A DNA stretch of 42,085 bases from an uncultured bacterium (GCA_964534375.1 CAZHPN010000030.1:1-42085), one strand, 5' to 3'; positions 27,801 to 38,401 are shown, counted from the stretch's first letter. The notes: generated by a model not told the origin, from the sequence alone. A program made the numbers and translations.

Positions 27801-28301
27801 ATGGACTTCATTTTGTCGCGCCGCAGCATTCGCCAATACACGAACCAGCCGGTTTCCGCGCAGCAGGTGCGCGATCTGCTCGCCGCGGCGATGGCCGCGC
27901 CCTCGGCCGGCAACCAGCAGCCGTGGCATTTCGTCGTGATGGACGATCGCGCGGTGCTGGATCAAGTGCCCTCGTTTCACCCGCATTCGACGATGATTCG
28001 CGAGGCGCCGCTGGCCATCGCGGTCTGCGCCGATCTGACGAAAGCCACGCACCCCGGCATGTGGGTGCAGGATTGCTCGGCGGCGACGGAGAACCTGCTG
28101 CTGGCCGCGCACGCGATGGGGCTGGGCGCCGTTTGGCTGGGAATCTACCCGCGCGACGAACGCGTCGCGGGGCTGCGCCGCCTGCTCGCGTTGCCGGAGA
28201 ACGTGATGCCGCTGTCGCTGATTCCGATCGGCTATCCGGCCGAGGAGAAACCGCCGGCCGACCGCTTTCAGGAAAGCCGCATCCACCGGAATCGTTGGTA
28301 A
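27801..28301 (+). CDS. Nitroreductase family protein
   Basis: SRRSIRQY, AMAAPSAGNQQPWHF, QDCSAATENLLLAAHAMGLGAVWLG. Confidence 0.93.
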   Translation: MDFILSRRSIRQYTNQPVSAQQVRDLLAAAMAAPSAGNQQPWHFVVMDDRAVLDQVPSFHPHSTMIREAPLAIAVCADLTKATHPGMWVQDCSAATENLLLAAHAMGLGAVWLGIYPRDERVAGLRRLLALPENVMPLSLIPIGYPAEEKPPADRFQESRIHRNRW

Positions 28302-28319
28302 GCGAAAAGGAGACGGTTC

Positions 28320-28925
28320 ATGAAGATCGGAAAAATTGTCGCGTTGCTGGCGGCGGTGGCGCTGCTGCCGGCGCTGGCCGGTTGCCTGGTGCGCTCCGAG
28401 ACGTTGACGGCGATGCTGGCCGCGGCCGATGCGCTGCGCAACGGCAACTACGCCGAGTTCGAGAAACACGTCGATGTTGACGCGCTGATCGGCAACGTGG
28501 TCGATCTCACGTTTTCGCAGGTCAACACGCAGGTGGCCAAACAATACGGCGGCGTGCTGAAAAGCGTCGAACCGTTGGCCAAATCGCTGATGGTGAGCCA
28601 GACAAAAAACGAGTTCAAAAGGCTGGTCAACAAGGGCGAGATCACCAAGCTGGCGCCGGAACTGAAACAGTTGCCGTCGGCCGCGTTGCTGATCGGCGTC
28701 GTGAATCTCTTCGGCGTGCCGCAGAACACGGACAACTACCAGGTGCTCGACGTGAAAAAGACGGGCAATGTTGAAAATTTGAAAATGAACGTGCGCGGAT
28801 CGAAGAGCGAGCCGTGGCTGGCGCTCCACATCCAATCCGAAAAGGTCGGCGGCACGTACCGCATCAACCGGATCGCCAATCTCGACCAGATTTATGCGAA
28901 CGTGCTGAAAACCGTGATTCCCTAG
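28320..28925 (+). CDS. Hypothetical lipoprotein (DUF2939-like)
   Basis: LAGC lipobox, AAGGAG RBS, ALRNGNYAEFEKHVD. Confidence 0.65.
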   Translation: MKIGKIVALLAAVALLPALAGCLVRSETLTAMLAAADALRNGNYAEFEKHVDVDALIGNVVDLTFSQVNTQVAKQYGGVLKSVEPLAKSLMVSQTKNEFKRLVNKGEITKLAPELKQLPSAALLIGVVNLFGVPQNTDNYQVLDVKKTGNVENLKMNVRGSKSEPWLALHIQSEKVGGTYRINRIANLDQIYANVLKTVIP

Positions 28926-29022
28926 TGCGGCCTTCGGCCGCAACCGAATTGCCGATTGCGGATTGCGGAATGCGGAATGAACAGAGGCGGCGCCTTTGGG
29001 CGAAAAAAAGAAATTTGCCCCG

Positions 29023-29106
29023 CACCCCTTACCCCTCTCCCACGTCCGGGAGAGGGGAAACAAGGCTCCCCTCTCCCCTCGGTGGGAGAGGGGCAGGGGG
29101 TGAGGG
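29023..29106. repeat. REP-like palindromic element pair
   Basis: CCCCTCTCCC...GGGAGAGGGG twice, ending GGGGTGAGGG; intergenic. Confidence 0.7.
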
Positions 29107-29152
29107 CCGCCCGGGGCTAAGACCGCGGGCACTTCGAGAAAAGGATTGCCTC

Positions 29153-29980
29153 GTGCCTAGAAAATTATTTTTCGTGGTGTTGACCGCGGCAATCGCGGCC
29201 GGCGGCTGCTTCGCGCTGCTTGTCGGCGGCTGCGGCCAGCACAACACTAACAGCGGCAGTTCCGGCGACGACGACGCCTCGCCCGCCGACGATGACAACG
29301 ACGATGACGCCTCGCCCGGCGACGACGGCTTGCCCTGGGTCGCGCTCGCCGCCGGCGCCTTCGACATGGGCTGCTCGCCCGGCGACGCCGACTGCCGCAG
29401 CGACGAAACCCGCCACGCCGTGTCCGTTGGGGCGTTTGCGATCAACGCCACGTCGATCACGCAAGACGAATACGCCGCGCGCACCGGCGTGAACCCGAGC
29501 AATTTCGCCGGTTGCGGCGCCTGCCCGGTCGAACAAGTCGCCTGGGCCGACGCCGAGTCGTTCTGCGAAGCTGTCGGCGGCCGCCTGCCGACCGAGGCCG
29601 AGTGGGAGTTCGCCGCACGCGGCAGGACGACGGCCCGCACCTACTGCGGCGACGACTTGTCGTGCCTGACCGGCGTCGCGTGGTATCTCGACAACGCCAA
29701 CATGAAAACGCAACCGGTCGCCGGCAAACAGGCCAACGCGTACGCCCTGTACGACATGCTCGGCGACGTCTGGGAATGGGTCTACGATTGGTACGGTGCG
29801 CAATATTACCTGACGAGCCCGACCGTCAATCCGACCGGCCCCACGACCGGTTTCGACCGCGTCTTGCGCGGCGGCGCCTGGAACGACCAGGACACGTATC
29901 TGCGCGTTTCGTGCCGCAACCACAACCAGCCGAACGACAGCAACGCGGCGACCGGCTTCCGTTGCGTCCGCCCGCAATAA
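29153..29980 (+). CDS. FGE-sulfatase (SUMF1/CLec-fold) domain lipoprotein
   Basis: GTG start; VGGC lipobox; Asp-rich linker; FDMGCSPGD, RLPTEAEWEFAARG, LYDMLGDVWEW, RVLRGGAW, GFRCVR. Confidence 0.9.
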   Translation: MPRKLFFVVLTAAIAAGGCFALLVGGCGQHNTNSGSSGDDDASPADDDNDDDASPGDDGLPWVALAAGAFDMGCSPGDADCRSDETRHAVSVGAFAINATSITQDEYAARTGVNPSNFAGCGACPVEQVAWADAESFCEAVGGRLPTEAEWEFAARGRTTARTYCGDDLSCLTGVAWYLDNANMKTQPVAGKQANAYALYDMLGDVWEWVYDWYGAQYYLTSPTVNPTGPTTGFDRVLRGGAWNDQDTYLRVSCRNHNQPNDSNAATGFRCVRPQ

Positions 29981-29998
29981 GCGGCGAAGGAGACGACC

Positions 29999-30781
29999 AT
30001 GAAACGATTGACGATGGCCCTCGCGCTGGCCGCGCTCGTCGCCTGCGGCACGGCCTGCCGCGAGGTCGCGGCGGCGAACGGCCGCCCCGCGGCGCCCGCG
30101 AATTTCGGCGCGGTGAAACTCGAACAAGTGCAGCAATTCCTGAATGAGAACGGCAAGGCCGACGCGCGCACGATTGTGAAGACGTACAATTGGATCAAGG
30201 CGGCGTTCCACTACGAGCCGGCGGATCAGACCTACGAATTCAGCCCCGAGGAACTGCAGCAGATCGCGCAACTCGGCGTCGGGCTGCCGGTCGGCGAGGC
30301 GTGGAACGTGATTCACACCGCGCTGATGGCCCGCCATCCGGGCAAGATCGCGGCCACGCCGCGTTGGACGTTCAACAGCGCCGGCGCCGCGTTCTGCCAG
30401 ATCGCCATCGTCTACGCGTCAACAAAAGAGTACGTCGCGTTTTTCGGCACGCCGATCGGCGCCGACGGTTTCTCCGGCCGCTACGACGCCGACGTGTGGG
30501 ATTTGATGGTCGACGGCAACATGTGGACCTACGAGCCCGGCCAGTTCGAGCCGACCATCTACAAGGCCGGCGACATGGCGTACCTGCCCCAGGGCAGCGG
30601 CAAGGGCGTCCAATACGTCGACCACTCGTGGATGATCGACTACGGCCGCGGCAACATCATCTCGATGTTCCCGTTCGGCATCATCGCGCCGACGCTGTTC
30701 ATCACGCTCGATTATCAGAGCGCTTGGCAGGAGTTTGTCGACTTCGCCAAACTCGTGATTCAGAACCTGATCGGCAAATAA
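29999..30781 (+). CDS. ERG2/sigma-1 receptor family protein with N-terminal signal peptide
   Basis: WTFNSAGAA, YASTKEYVAFFGTPIG.DGFSGRY.AD, WMIDYGRG.I.SMFPFG, TLF.TLD match C-8 sterol isomerase/sigma-1 motifs. Confidence 0.8.
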   Translation: MKRLTMALALAALVACGTACREVAAANGRPAAPANFGAVKLEQVQQFLNENGKADARTIVKTYNWIKAAFHYEPADQTYEFSPEELQQIAQLGVGLPVGEAWNVIHTALMARHPGKIAATPRWTFNSAGAAFCQIAIVYASTKEYVAFFGTPIGADGFSGRYDADVWDLMVDGNMWTYEPGQFEPTIYKAGDMAYLPQGSGKGVQYVDHSWMIDYGRGNIISMFPFGIIAPTLFITLDYQSAWQEFVDFAKLVIQNLIGK

Positions 30782-30820
30782 ATCACTGCCGCAGCCGGCT
30801 CGGGCCGCCGCCGCATTATC

Positions 30821-30868
30821 TTTATGAAATCTTTACTCGTCCGCGGGACATTTTTATGTATCCTTAAC
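30821..30868 (+). promoter_or_regulatory. Probable KdpE-binding boxes
   Basis: TTTATGAAATCTTTAC and TTTATGTATCCTTAAC: TTTA-type direct repeats 11 bp apart, upstream of the kdp operon. Confidence 0.6.
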
Positions 30869-30996
30869 GCCTCCCTGCCTTTATTCTTCGGCCGGGGAAA
30901 TCTGTTCTGATCGCGCAACGTGACGTGGCAATATTGTTCGGGTCCGTCGAAGAAAATGCGACGCGGCGGCGCAAGAGCCGTAGATGAGGGGGCGAG

Positions 30997-31089
30997 ATGA
31001 TGGACTTGCTGATGGTCGCCGCGTTGGTGGGCGGCCTGGGCCTATGTTGGTTGTTGGTGGACTTCTGCGGCTGGACCGCTAAGCACTAG
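30997..31089 (+). CDS. Small hydrophobic peptide upstream of kdpF (30 aa)
   Basis: GAGGGGG RBS; MMDLLMVAALVGGLGLCWLLVDFCGWTAKH*. Confidence 0.6.
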   Translation: MMDLLMVAALVGGLGLCWLLVDFCGWTAKH

Positions 31090-31103
31090 AAGAGAGGCGG
31101 AAG

Positions 31104-31184
31104 ATGGAAACAGTCTGCGGAATTTTGGCGGCGGCATTGGCCGTTTACTTGATCGTGGCGTTGGTGAAACCGGAGATTTTCTGA
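31104..31184 (+). CDS. kdpF: K+-transporting ATPase subunit F
   Basis: METVCGILAAALAVYLIVALVKPEIF*, with the YL..AL..PE.F signature; TGATG overlap with kdpA. Confidence 0.92.
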   Translation: METVCGILAAALAVYLIVALVKPEIF

Positions 31185-32926
31185 TGAGCTATCTCAGCGT
31201 CGTGCAGATCCTGATTTATTTCGGGGTGCTGCTCGCGGCGGTCCAGCCGCTCGGGGCGTACATGGCGCGCGTGTACGAAAACGAACGCGTGCTGCTGGAA
31301 AAACCGCTCGGCTGGCTGGAGCGGCTGTTTTATCGCGCCGCCGGGGTGCGGCCCGACGACGAGATGGATTGGAAGACGTACGCCAAGAGCATGCTGCTGT
31401 TCAACCTGATGGGCGCCGTGTTTCTCTATCTCATTCAGCGGCTGCAGGGCGTGCTGCCGCTCAACCCGCAGAAGTTCGCCGGGGTCGCGCCGGACCTCGC
31501 CGTCAACACCGCGGCGAGTTTCTTAACCAACACCAACTGGCAGTTCTACGGCGGCGAAAGCACGCTGAGCCATCTGACCCAGATGTTCGGCCTCGCCGTC
31601 CAGAACTTCCTGTCGGCCGCGACGGGCATGGCGATCCTCGTGGCGTTGATCCGCGGCCTGCGCCGCAAGTCGGGCAAGACGATCGGCTCGTTCTGGGTCG
31701 ACCTCACACGGACCACGCTCTATATCCTGCTGCCGCTTTCGCTCGTGCTAGCCGTGATTCTGGTTTCGCAGGGCGTCGTCCAGACCTTCCGTCGCGACGT
31801 CGGCGCCGCGTTGCTGCAAGCGACCCACGACGACAAAGGCAAAGACGTGACCGAGCAGACGATTTCGGTCGGCCCCGTGGCGTCGCAAATCGCCATCAAG
31901 CAATTGGGCACCAACGGCGGCGGCTTCTTCAACGCCAACTCGGCGCATCCGTTCGAAAACCCGACGCCGCTGACGAATTTCCTGGAAATGCTGGCGATTC
32001 TGCTCATTCCGGCCGCGCTTTGTTACACCTACGGCGTGATGCTCGGCGATCGGCGCCAGGGCTGGGTGCTGCTGGCGGCGATGGCGGCGCTCGTTTTTAT
32101 GGTCCTGCCGCTCGTCGTCGCCGCGGAACAGGCGGGCAATCCGCTGCTGTCCAAACTCGGGGTGGATCAGCGGCTCAGCACTCTCTCGGCCGGCGGCAAT
32201 ATGGAAGGCAAAGAGGTGCGGTTCGGCATCGTCAACTCGAGCCTGTGGGCGGCGGCGACCACGGCGGCCTCGAACGGCTCGGTGAACGCGATGCACGATT
32301 CGTTCATGCCGCTGGGCGGTTTCGTGCCGCTGTGGTTGATCATGCTCGGCGAGGTGGCCTTCGGCGGGGTCGGCTCGGGCCTCTACGGATTGCTGATGTA
32401 CGTTATCATCGCCGTGTTCATCGCCGGCCTGATGGTCGGCCGCACGCCCGAATATGTCGGCAAGAAGATCGAAGCGTTCGAGATGAAGATGGCGTCGATC
32501 GCCATCCTGATCACGCCGCTGCTGGCGCTCGTCGGCGCCGCGACGGCCGTCAGCGTCCACGCCGGAACCTCGGCCGTCGGCAACCCCGGCGCGCACGGGT
32601 TCAGCGAAATCCTGTACGCCTTCTCGTCGTGCGCCAACAACAACGGCAGCGCCTTCGCCGGCCTGTCCGCCAATCCGTTCCTCAACATCGCCCTGGGCAT
32701 TGTGATTCTATTCGGCCGCTTCGTGCTGGCCGTGCCGGTGCTGGCGATCGCGGGCTCGCTCGTCGGCAAGAACATCGTCCCGACCAGTTCCGGCACGCTG
32801 CCGACCCACACGCCGCTGTTTCTCGTGCTGCTGGTGGGAACCGTGCTGCTCGTCGGCGCGTTGACGTATTTCCCGGCGCTGGCCCTCGGCCCGGTTGTCG
32901 AACACCTCATCATGATCGGCAGGTGA
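31184..32926 (+). CDS. kdpA: K+-transporting ATPase subunit A
   Basis: SFLTNTNWQFYGGE, IKQLGTNGGG, AASNGSVNAMHDS, NNGSAFAG. Confidence 0.98.
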   Translation: MSYLSVVQILIYFGVLLAAVQPLGAYMARVYENERVLLEKPLGWLERLFYRAAGVRPDDEMDWKTYAKSMLLFNLMGAVFLYLIQRLQGVLPLNPQKFAGVAPDLAVNTAASFLTNTNWQFYGGESTLSHLTQMFGLAVQNFLSAATGMAILVALIRGLRRKSGKTIGSFWVDLTRTTLYILLPLSLVLAVILVSQGVVQTFRRDVGAALLQATHDDKGKDVTEQTISVGPVASQIAIKQLGTNGGGFFNANSAHPFENPTPLTNFLEMLAILLIPAALCYTYGVMLGDRRQGWVLLAAMAALVFMVLPLVVAAEQAGNPLLSKLGVDQRLSTLSAGGNMEGKEVRFGIVNSSLWAAATTAASNGSVNAMHDSFMPLGGFVPLWLIMLGEVAFGGVGSGLYGLLMYVIIAVFIAGLMVGRTPEYVGKKIEAFEMKMASIAILITPLLALVGAATAVSVHAGTSAVGNPGAHGFSEILYAFSSCANNNGSAFAGLSANPFLNIALGIVILFGRFVLAVPVLAIAGSLVGKNIVPTSSGTLPTHTPLFLVLLVGTVLLVGALTYFPALALGPVVEHLIMIGR

Positions 32927-32929
32927 CCG

Positions 32930-35035
32930 ATGGCTTACGACAAACAACGCGGCATTGATTGGGCGATGGTCCGCCGCGCGCTCCTCGATTCGTTCCTGCG
33001 GCTGAACCCGCGTTACCAGGCGCGCAACCCGGTCATGTTCGTCGTCGAGGTGGGCAGCGTGGTGACCACCGTGCTGTTCGTGCAGGCGCTGTTCGGCCGC
33101 GGCGAGGCCTCCGCCGGCTTCATTCTGCATATCACCATTTGGCTCTGGATCACGCTCCTGTTCGCCAACTTCGCCGAGGCCATCGCCGAAAGCCGCGGCA
33201 AGGCCCAGGCCAACGCGTTGCGCAAGGCGCGGCAGGATGTCATCGCGCGCAAACTGAAGTCCCCCTCGCACGACGCGGCGTCGGAGCCGGCCGCCGGCTC
33301 GTCGCTGCGCCGCGACGACCTCGTGCTCGTCGAAGCCGGCGAGGTGATCCCGGCCGACGGCGAGGTCGTCGAAGGCATCGCCTCCGTCGACGAAAGCCCG
33401 ATCACCGGCGAAAGCGCGCCGGTCATTCGCGAAAGCGGCGGCGATCGCAGCGCCGTCACCGGCGGCACGCGCGTGCTGTCCGACTGGCTCGTGATTCGCG
33501 TGACCGTGAACCCCGGCGAGAGTTTCCTCGACCACATGATCGGCATGGTCGAAGGGGCGAAACGCCAACGCACGCCCAACGAGATCGCGCTGGCGATCCT
33601 GCTCGCGGCGCTGACGCTGATCTTCCTGCTGGCCACCGTGACGTTGCAGCCGTTTTCCAAATACGCCGTCCAGGTCGGCGCCGGGCAGATCGTCACGATC
33701 ACGGTGCTGGTGGCGCTGCTCGTGTGCCTGATCCCGACGACCATCGGCGGGCTGCTCTCGGCCATCGGCATCGCCGGCATCGACCGCCTGCTGCGGGCCA
33801 ACGTGATGGCGATGTCCGGCCGCGCGGTCGAGGCCGCGGGCGACGTCGACGTGCTGCTGCTCGACAAGACCGGCACGATCACGCTCGGCAACCGGCAGGC
33901 GGCGGCGTTCATCCCGCTCGACGGCGCTACGGAGACGGTGCTGGCCGACGCGGCGCAGCTCGCCTCGCTGGCGGACGAAACGCCCGAGGGCCGCAGCATC
34001 GTGACGTTCGCCAAGGAGCGCTACAGCCTGCGCGGCCGCGACATTCAATCGCTGGGCGCGCGTTTCGTGCCGTTCAGCGCGCAGACGCAAATGAGCGGCG
34101 TGGACTTCGCCGACCGCGAGATTCGCAAGGGTTCGGCGGCGGCGGTGAAGACCTATGTCGAACGGAACGGCGGCCGTTTTTCAGCCCAGGCGCAGCAGAC
34201 GGTCGACCACATTTCGCGGCTGGGCGGCACGCCGCTGGTCGTCGCGGAACGAGCGCGCAAGGCGGAAGCCGGGCTGCCGGTCGCGGTGGAACGGACGCGC
34301 GTGCTCGGGGTGATCCACCTGAAAGACGTCGTCAAGGGCGGCATCCAGGAACGCTTCGCCGAGCTGCGCACGATGGGCATCAAGACAGTGATGATCACCG
34401 GCGACAACCCGCTCACCGCGGCGGCGATCGCGGCCGAGGCCGGCGTCGACGACTACCTGGCGCAGGCGACGCCCGAGGCCAAGCTGAAGCTGATCCGCGA
34501 TTTGCAGAGCGGCGGCCGCATGGTGGCGATGACCGGCGACGGCACCAACGACGCCCCGGCGCTCGCGCAGGCGGACGTGGCGGTGGCGATGAACACCGGC
34601 ACGCAGGCGGCGAAAGAGGCCGGCAACATGGTCGATCTGGATTCGAACCCGACCAAGCTCATCGACATCGTGCGCATCGGCAAGCAGATGCTGATGACGC
34701 GCGGCGCGCTGACGACCTTCAGCATCGCCAACGACGTGGCCAAGTATTTCGCGATCATCCCGGCGGCGTTCGCGACGACGTACCCGGCGCTCGGCGCGCT
34801 CAACATCATGCGCCTGTCGACGCCGCACAGCGCGGTGCTCTCGGCGGTGATTTTCAACGCCTTGATCATCATCGCACTGGTGCCGCTGGCCTTGCGCGGC
34901 GTGAAGTACCGGCCGGTCGGCGCGGCGCGATTGTTGAAAGACCACCTGCTGATCTACGGCCTCGGCGGCATCGTCGCGCCCTTCATCGGCATCAAATTGA
35001 TCGACCTGGCGTTGACCGCCATCGGCCTGACCTGA
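32930..35035 (+). CDS. kdpB: K+-transporting ATPase subunit B (P-type ATPase)
   Basis: [39 protein letters not shown]. Confidence 0.98.
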   Translation: MAYDKQRGIDWAMVRRALLDSFLRLNPRYQARNPVMFVVEVGSVVTTVLFVQALFGRGEASAGFILHITIWLWITLLFANFAEAIAESRGKAQANALRKARQDVIARKLKSPSHDAASEPAAGSSLRRDDLVLVEAGEVIPADGEVVEGIASVDESPITGESAPVIRESGGDRSAVTGGTRVLSDWLVIRVTVNPGESFLDHMIGMVEGAKRQRTPNEIALAILLAALTLIFLLATVTLQPFSKYAVQVGAGQIVTITVLVALLVCLIPTTIGGLLSAIGIAGIDRLLRANVMAMSGRAVEAAGDVDVLLLDKTGTITLGNRQAAAFIPLDGATETVLADAAQLASLADETPEGRSIVTFAKERYSLRGRDIQSLGARFVPFSAQTQMSGVDFADREIRKGSAAAVKTYVERNGGRFSAQAQQTVDHISRLGGTPLVVAERARKAEAGLPVAVERTRVLGVIHLKDVVKGGIQERFAELRTMGIKTVMITGDNPLTAAAIAAEAGVDDYLAQATPEAKLKLIRDLQSGGRMVAMTGDGTNDAPALAQADVAVAMNTGTQAAKEAGNMVDLDSNPTKLIDIVRIGKQMLMTRGALTTFSIANDVAKYFAIIPAAFATTYPALGALNIMRLSTPHSAVLSAVIFNALIIIALVPLALRGVKYRPVGAARLLKDHLLIYGLGGIVAPFIGIKLIDLALTAIGLT

Positions 35036-35047
35036 GGAGACACGCTC

Positions 35048-35650
35048 ATGCGTTCGATGTTGCGCCCCGCGGCCGTGATGCTCGGCTTGTTTTCCCTCTT
35101 GACCGGTCTGGCGTATCCGCTGCTCGTCACGGGGATCGCGCAGTTGGCCTTTCCCGGCCGCGCGAACGGCAGCCTGATCGCGGTCGGCGGGAAGACAGTC
35201 GGCTCGCGGCTGATCGGCCAGCCGTTCACCGATCCGCAGTACTTTTGGGGCCGCCCATCGGCGACCACGCCGTTCCCGTGCAACGCCCAGAACTCCGGCG
35301 GCTCCAACCTCGGCCCGCTGAACCCGGACCTGCAAAAGGCGGTGCGGACCCGCATCGACGCCTTGCGGGCCGCCGATCCGGAGAACCAACAGCCGATCCC
35401 GGTCGATCTGGTGACGGCGTCGGGCAGCGGTCTGGATCCGCACATTTCGCTGGCGGCGGCCGACTATCAAGGCGAGCGCGTGGCGCGGCTGCGCGGGTTG
35501 GAGCCGATCGTCATCCGGCGGTTGATTGCAAGTTTCACCGAGGGGCGGCAATATTGGATTTTCGGCGAACCGCGTGTGAACGTGCTGCGGCTGAACCGGG
35601 CGCTGGATGCCGTCAAGACGACGGCGCCGGCGCCGGAGGCCGCGCCGTAA
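35048..35650 (+). CDS. kdpC: K+-transporting ATPase subunit C
   Basis: GSRLIGQPF...[35 protein letters not shown]. Confidence 0.98.
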   Translation: MRSMLRPAAVMLGLFSLLTGLAYPLLVTGIAQLAFPGRANGSLIAVGGKTVGSRLIGQPFTDPQYFWGRPSATTPFPCNAQNSGGSNLGPLNPDLQKAVRTRIDALRAADPENQQPIPVDLVTASGSGLDPHISLAAADYQGERVARLRGLEPIVIRRLIASFTEGRQYWIFGEPRVNVLRLNRALDAVKTTAPAPEAAP

Positions 35651-35677
35651 GATCGCCGCTTCGTCGGCCGAGGCGAA

Positions 35678-38401
35678 ATGGAACGAACGCGTCCGAATCC
35701 CGATCAACTGCTCGCGGACGTCCAACGCGAGACCGAGCGCGAATCCCGCGGCAAACTGAAGATCTTCTTCGGCGCCGCGGCCGGCGTCGGCAAGACGTAC
35801 GCCATGCTCGAGGCGGCGCAGAAACAACGCCGCGAGGGCCTCGACGTCATGATCGGCCTGGTCGAGACGCACGGCCGGGTCGAAACGGAAAAACTGCTGA
35901 TCGGCCTGGAGCGGTTGCCGCTCAAGGAATTCACCTACCGCGGCGCCGTGCTGCGCGACTTCGACATCGAGGCGGCGCTGCGCCGCAAACCGCACATCCT
36001 GCTCGTCGACGAACTGGCGCACACGAACGCCCCGGGCGCCTGGCACACCAAGCGCTGGCAGGACGTGCTGGAACTGCTCGAAGCCGGCATCGACGTGTTC
36101 ACGACCCTCAACGTGCAGCACCTGGAAAGCGTCAACGACATCGTGGCCCGCTTGTCGAGCGTCAACGTACGCGAAACCGTGCCCGATTCGATTTTCGATC
36201 AGGCCGACGAAGTCGAGTTCGTCGACCTGACGCCCGACGATCTGCTCCAGCGCCTGCGCGAAGGCAAAGTGTATGTGGCCGCGCAGGCCGAGCGGGCCAT
36301 GGAAAACTTCTTCACGATGGGCAACCTCATCGCCCTGCGCGAGTTGGGGCTGCGGCGGATGGCCGACCGGCTCGACACGCAGATGGAGCGCTTTCGCCGC
36401 CTGCACGCCGTCGGCGAAAGCCTGCACATCGCCGACCGCCTGCTCGTCGCCGTCGGCCCGAGCCCGTATGCGCCGCGCGTGGTGCGCGCGGCGCGGCGCA
36501 TGGCCGAGCGGCTGCACGCGGAATGGATCGTCGCCTACATCGAAACGCCGGGCGCGGCGGAACTGCCGCAGACCGACAAAGACCGCGTTTTGCAGACCTT
36601 GCGCCTGGCCGAGCAACTCGGCGCGCAGCCCGTCACGCTGACCGGCGAGCACGTCGCGGCGGAACTGATCGACTACGCGCGGCAACGGAGCGTCAACAAG
36701 ATCGTCGTCGGCAAACCCGGCCGCGCGCGCTGGCGCGATCGACTGTTCGGCTCGATGGTCGACGAGTTGATCCGCAACGAGGCCGGCATCGACATCTTCG
36801 TGGTGCGCGACCTGCTGGAGGAAGTCGCCCGGGCGCCGGCCCGCCGCTTCCGCCGCTGGCCGCGCTGGGAGGGCTTCGCCGCCGCCTTCGGCGTCATCGC
36901 GGCGTGCACGCTGTTGAGCTGGCCGCTGACGTCGATTCTCGACGATGCGTCGCGCGGGGTGCTCTACATCGTCGCGATCGTAGCCGTTGCGCTCTTTTGG
37001 GGCACGGGCCCGGCCGTCGCGGCGTCGGCGCTCTCCGTGCTGGCCTACGATTTCTTCTTTGTGCAGCCGGTTGGGAAGTTCTCGGTGAACGACCCGCGGG
37101 CGGTGCTGACGTTGCTGATGATTTTCATCGTCGGCAACGCCCTCTCCGCCTTGACCACGCGCATCAAACTTCAGGCGAAGATCGCCCGGCGGCACGAGGA
37201 ACGCACTGCCGCCATGTACCAGATGACGCGCGACCTCGCCGCCGGCCGGACTCCCGAGGAAACGCGCGAACGCGTCGAGAGCAACCTGGCGACCGTGTGC
37301 GGCGGCGACGTCGCCATTCTGCTGCCCGACGCCCAGCGGCGCATCCAGGATGACGGCCGCGCCAAGAAATTCCTGCGGCCCTGGCATTTCCCAGTGGCGC
37401 AATGGACCTTCGACCACGGCAAGATGGCGGGCCTGGGCACCGAAGCCCTGCCCGCTTCCGACAGCCTGTTTCTGCCGCTGCGCGGCAACCGCGGCGTCGT
37501 CGGCGTGGTGGCGATCAAGGCGGCCGATCCGAACCTCGCCCAGGAAGCCGAACAAATGCTGCTGATCGAGACCCTGACGCGGCACGCCGCCCTCGCGTTC
37601 GAGCAACTGGAGCTGGTGTCCGAAGCGAACCACGCCCGGATGCAGGCGGAGGCCGAACGGATGCAGAACTCGCTGCTCAGTTCGGTCTCGCACGATTTGC
37701 GCACGCCGCTGGCGTCGATCACCGGCGCCGCGTCGAGCCTGCTGCAGAACAGCGACTGCCTGGACGCCGGGAACCGACGCGAATTGTTGACCACGATCTA
37801 TCACGAGGCGAATCGACTGAACCGCCTGGTGACGAATCTGCTCAACATGACGCGGCTGGAAGCCGGCGCGCTGAGCCCGAGCAAGGATTGGCAATCGATC
37901 GAGGAACTGGTGGGCGCGGCGCTCGCCAAATCCGAGCGGGCGTTGCAGAATCGCCCGGTCGCGACCCGCATCCCCGCCGATCTGCCGTTGATCCGCGTCG
38001 ACGGCCTGCTGATCGAACAGGTGTTTCTCAACATCCTCGACAACGCCGTGAAATACACGCCCGCGGGCTCGCCGCTCGAAATCGAGGCCCGCGCGGAAAC
38101 CGACGGCGTCGTCGTGACCATCGCCGACCGCGGGCCCGGTTTCGCGCCCGGCGACGAAGAGCGAGTTTTCGACAAGTTTTTCCGCGGGTCGAGCGGCGAC
38201 GATTCGAAAGGCGCCGGCCTGGGCCTCACGATCTGCCGCGGCATCGTCGCGGCGCACGGCGGACGCATCGCAGCGCGCAATCGCCCGGACGGCGGCGCGG
38301 TCTTCGAAATCTTCCTGCCGCGCGAAAACGACGCGGCGCCGGCGCCCGCGGAACCCGCCGGCGCGCCGGCGGCAAAAACCAATGACGGCGGCCCGACATG
38401 A
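35678..38401 (+). CDS. kdpD: Sensor histidine kinase KdpD
   Basis: RGKLKIFFGAAAGVGKTYAML, LVDELAHTN, USP and TM region, SSVSHDLRTPL, NAVKY, GLGL. Confidence 0.98.
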   Translation: MERTRPNPDQLLADVQRETERESRGKLKIFFGAAAGVGKTYAMLEAAQKQRREGLDVMIGLVETHGRVETEKLLIGLERLPLKEFTYRGAVLRDFDIEAALRRKPHILLVDELAHTNAPGAWHTKRWQDVLELLEAGIDVFTTLNVQHLESVNDIVARLSSVNVRETVPDSIFDQADEVEFVDLTPDDLLQRLREGKVYVAAQAERAMENFFTMGNLIALRELGLRRMADRLDTQMERFRRLHAVGESLHIADRLLVAVGPSPYAPRVVRAARRMAERLHAEWIVAYIETPGAAELPQTDKDRVLQTLRLAEQLGAQPVTLTGEHVAAELIDYARQRSVNKIVVGKPGRARWRDRLFGSMVDELIRNEAGIDIFVVRDLLEEVARAPARRFRRWPRWEGFAAAFGVIAACTLLSWPLTSILDDASRGVLYIVAIVAVALFWGTGPAVAASALSVLAYDFFFVQPVGKFSVNDPRAVLTLLMIFIVGNALSALTTRIKLQAKIARRHEERTAAMYQMTRDLAAGRTPEETRERVESNLATVCGGDVAILLPDAQRRIQDDGRAKKFLRPWHFPVAQWTFDHGKMAGLGTEALPASDSLFLPLRGNRGVVGVVAIKAADPNLAQEAEQMLLIETLTRHAALAFEQLELVSEANHARMQAEAERMQNSLLSSVSHDLRTPLASITGAASSLLQNSDCLDAGNRRELLTTIYHEANRLNRLVTNLLNMTRLEAGALSPSKDWQSIEELVGAALAKSERALQNRPVATRIPADLPLIRVDGLLIEQVFLNILDNAVKYTPAGSPLEIEARAETDGVVVTIADRGPGFAPGDEERVFDKFFRGSSGDDSKGAGLGLTICRGIVAAHGGRIAARNRPDGGAVFEIFLPRENDAAPAPAEPAGAPAAKTNDGGPT

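Noticed and set aside
29860..29980. FGE-domain C-termini (also 39274-39400) as a local TR/VR pair
   Set aside because: The two genes differ at many non-adenine positions and both are ordinary coding ends
32959..38257. Very long alternative-frame and antisense ORFs (1464 aa and 1358 aa) over the kdp operon
   Set aside because: Arg/Gly/Ala-rich shadow frames expected in high-GC coding DNA; they overlap clear kdpB/C/D genes
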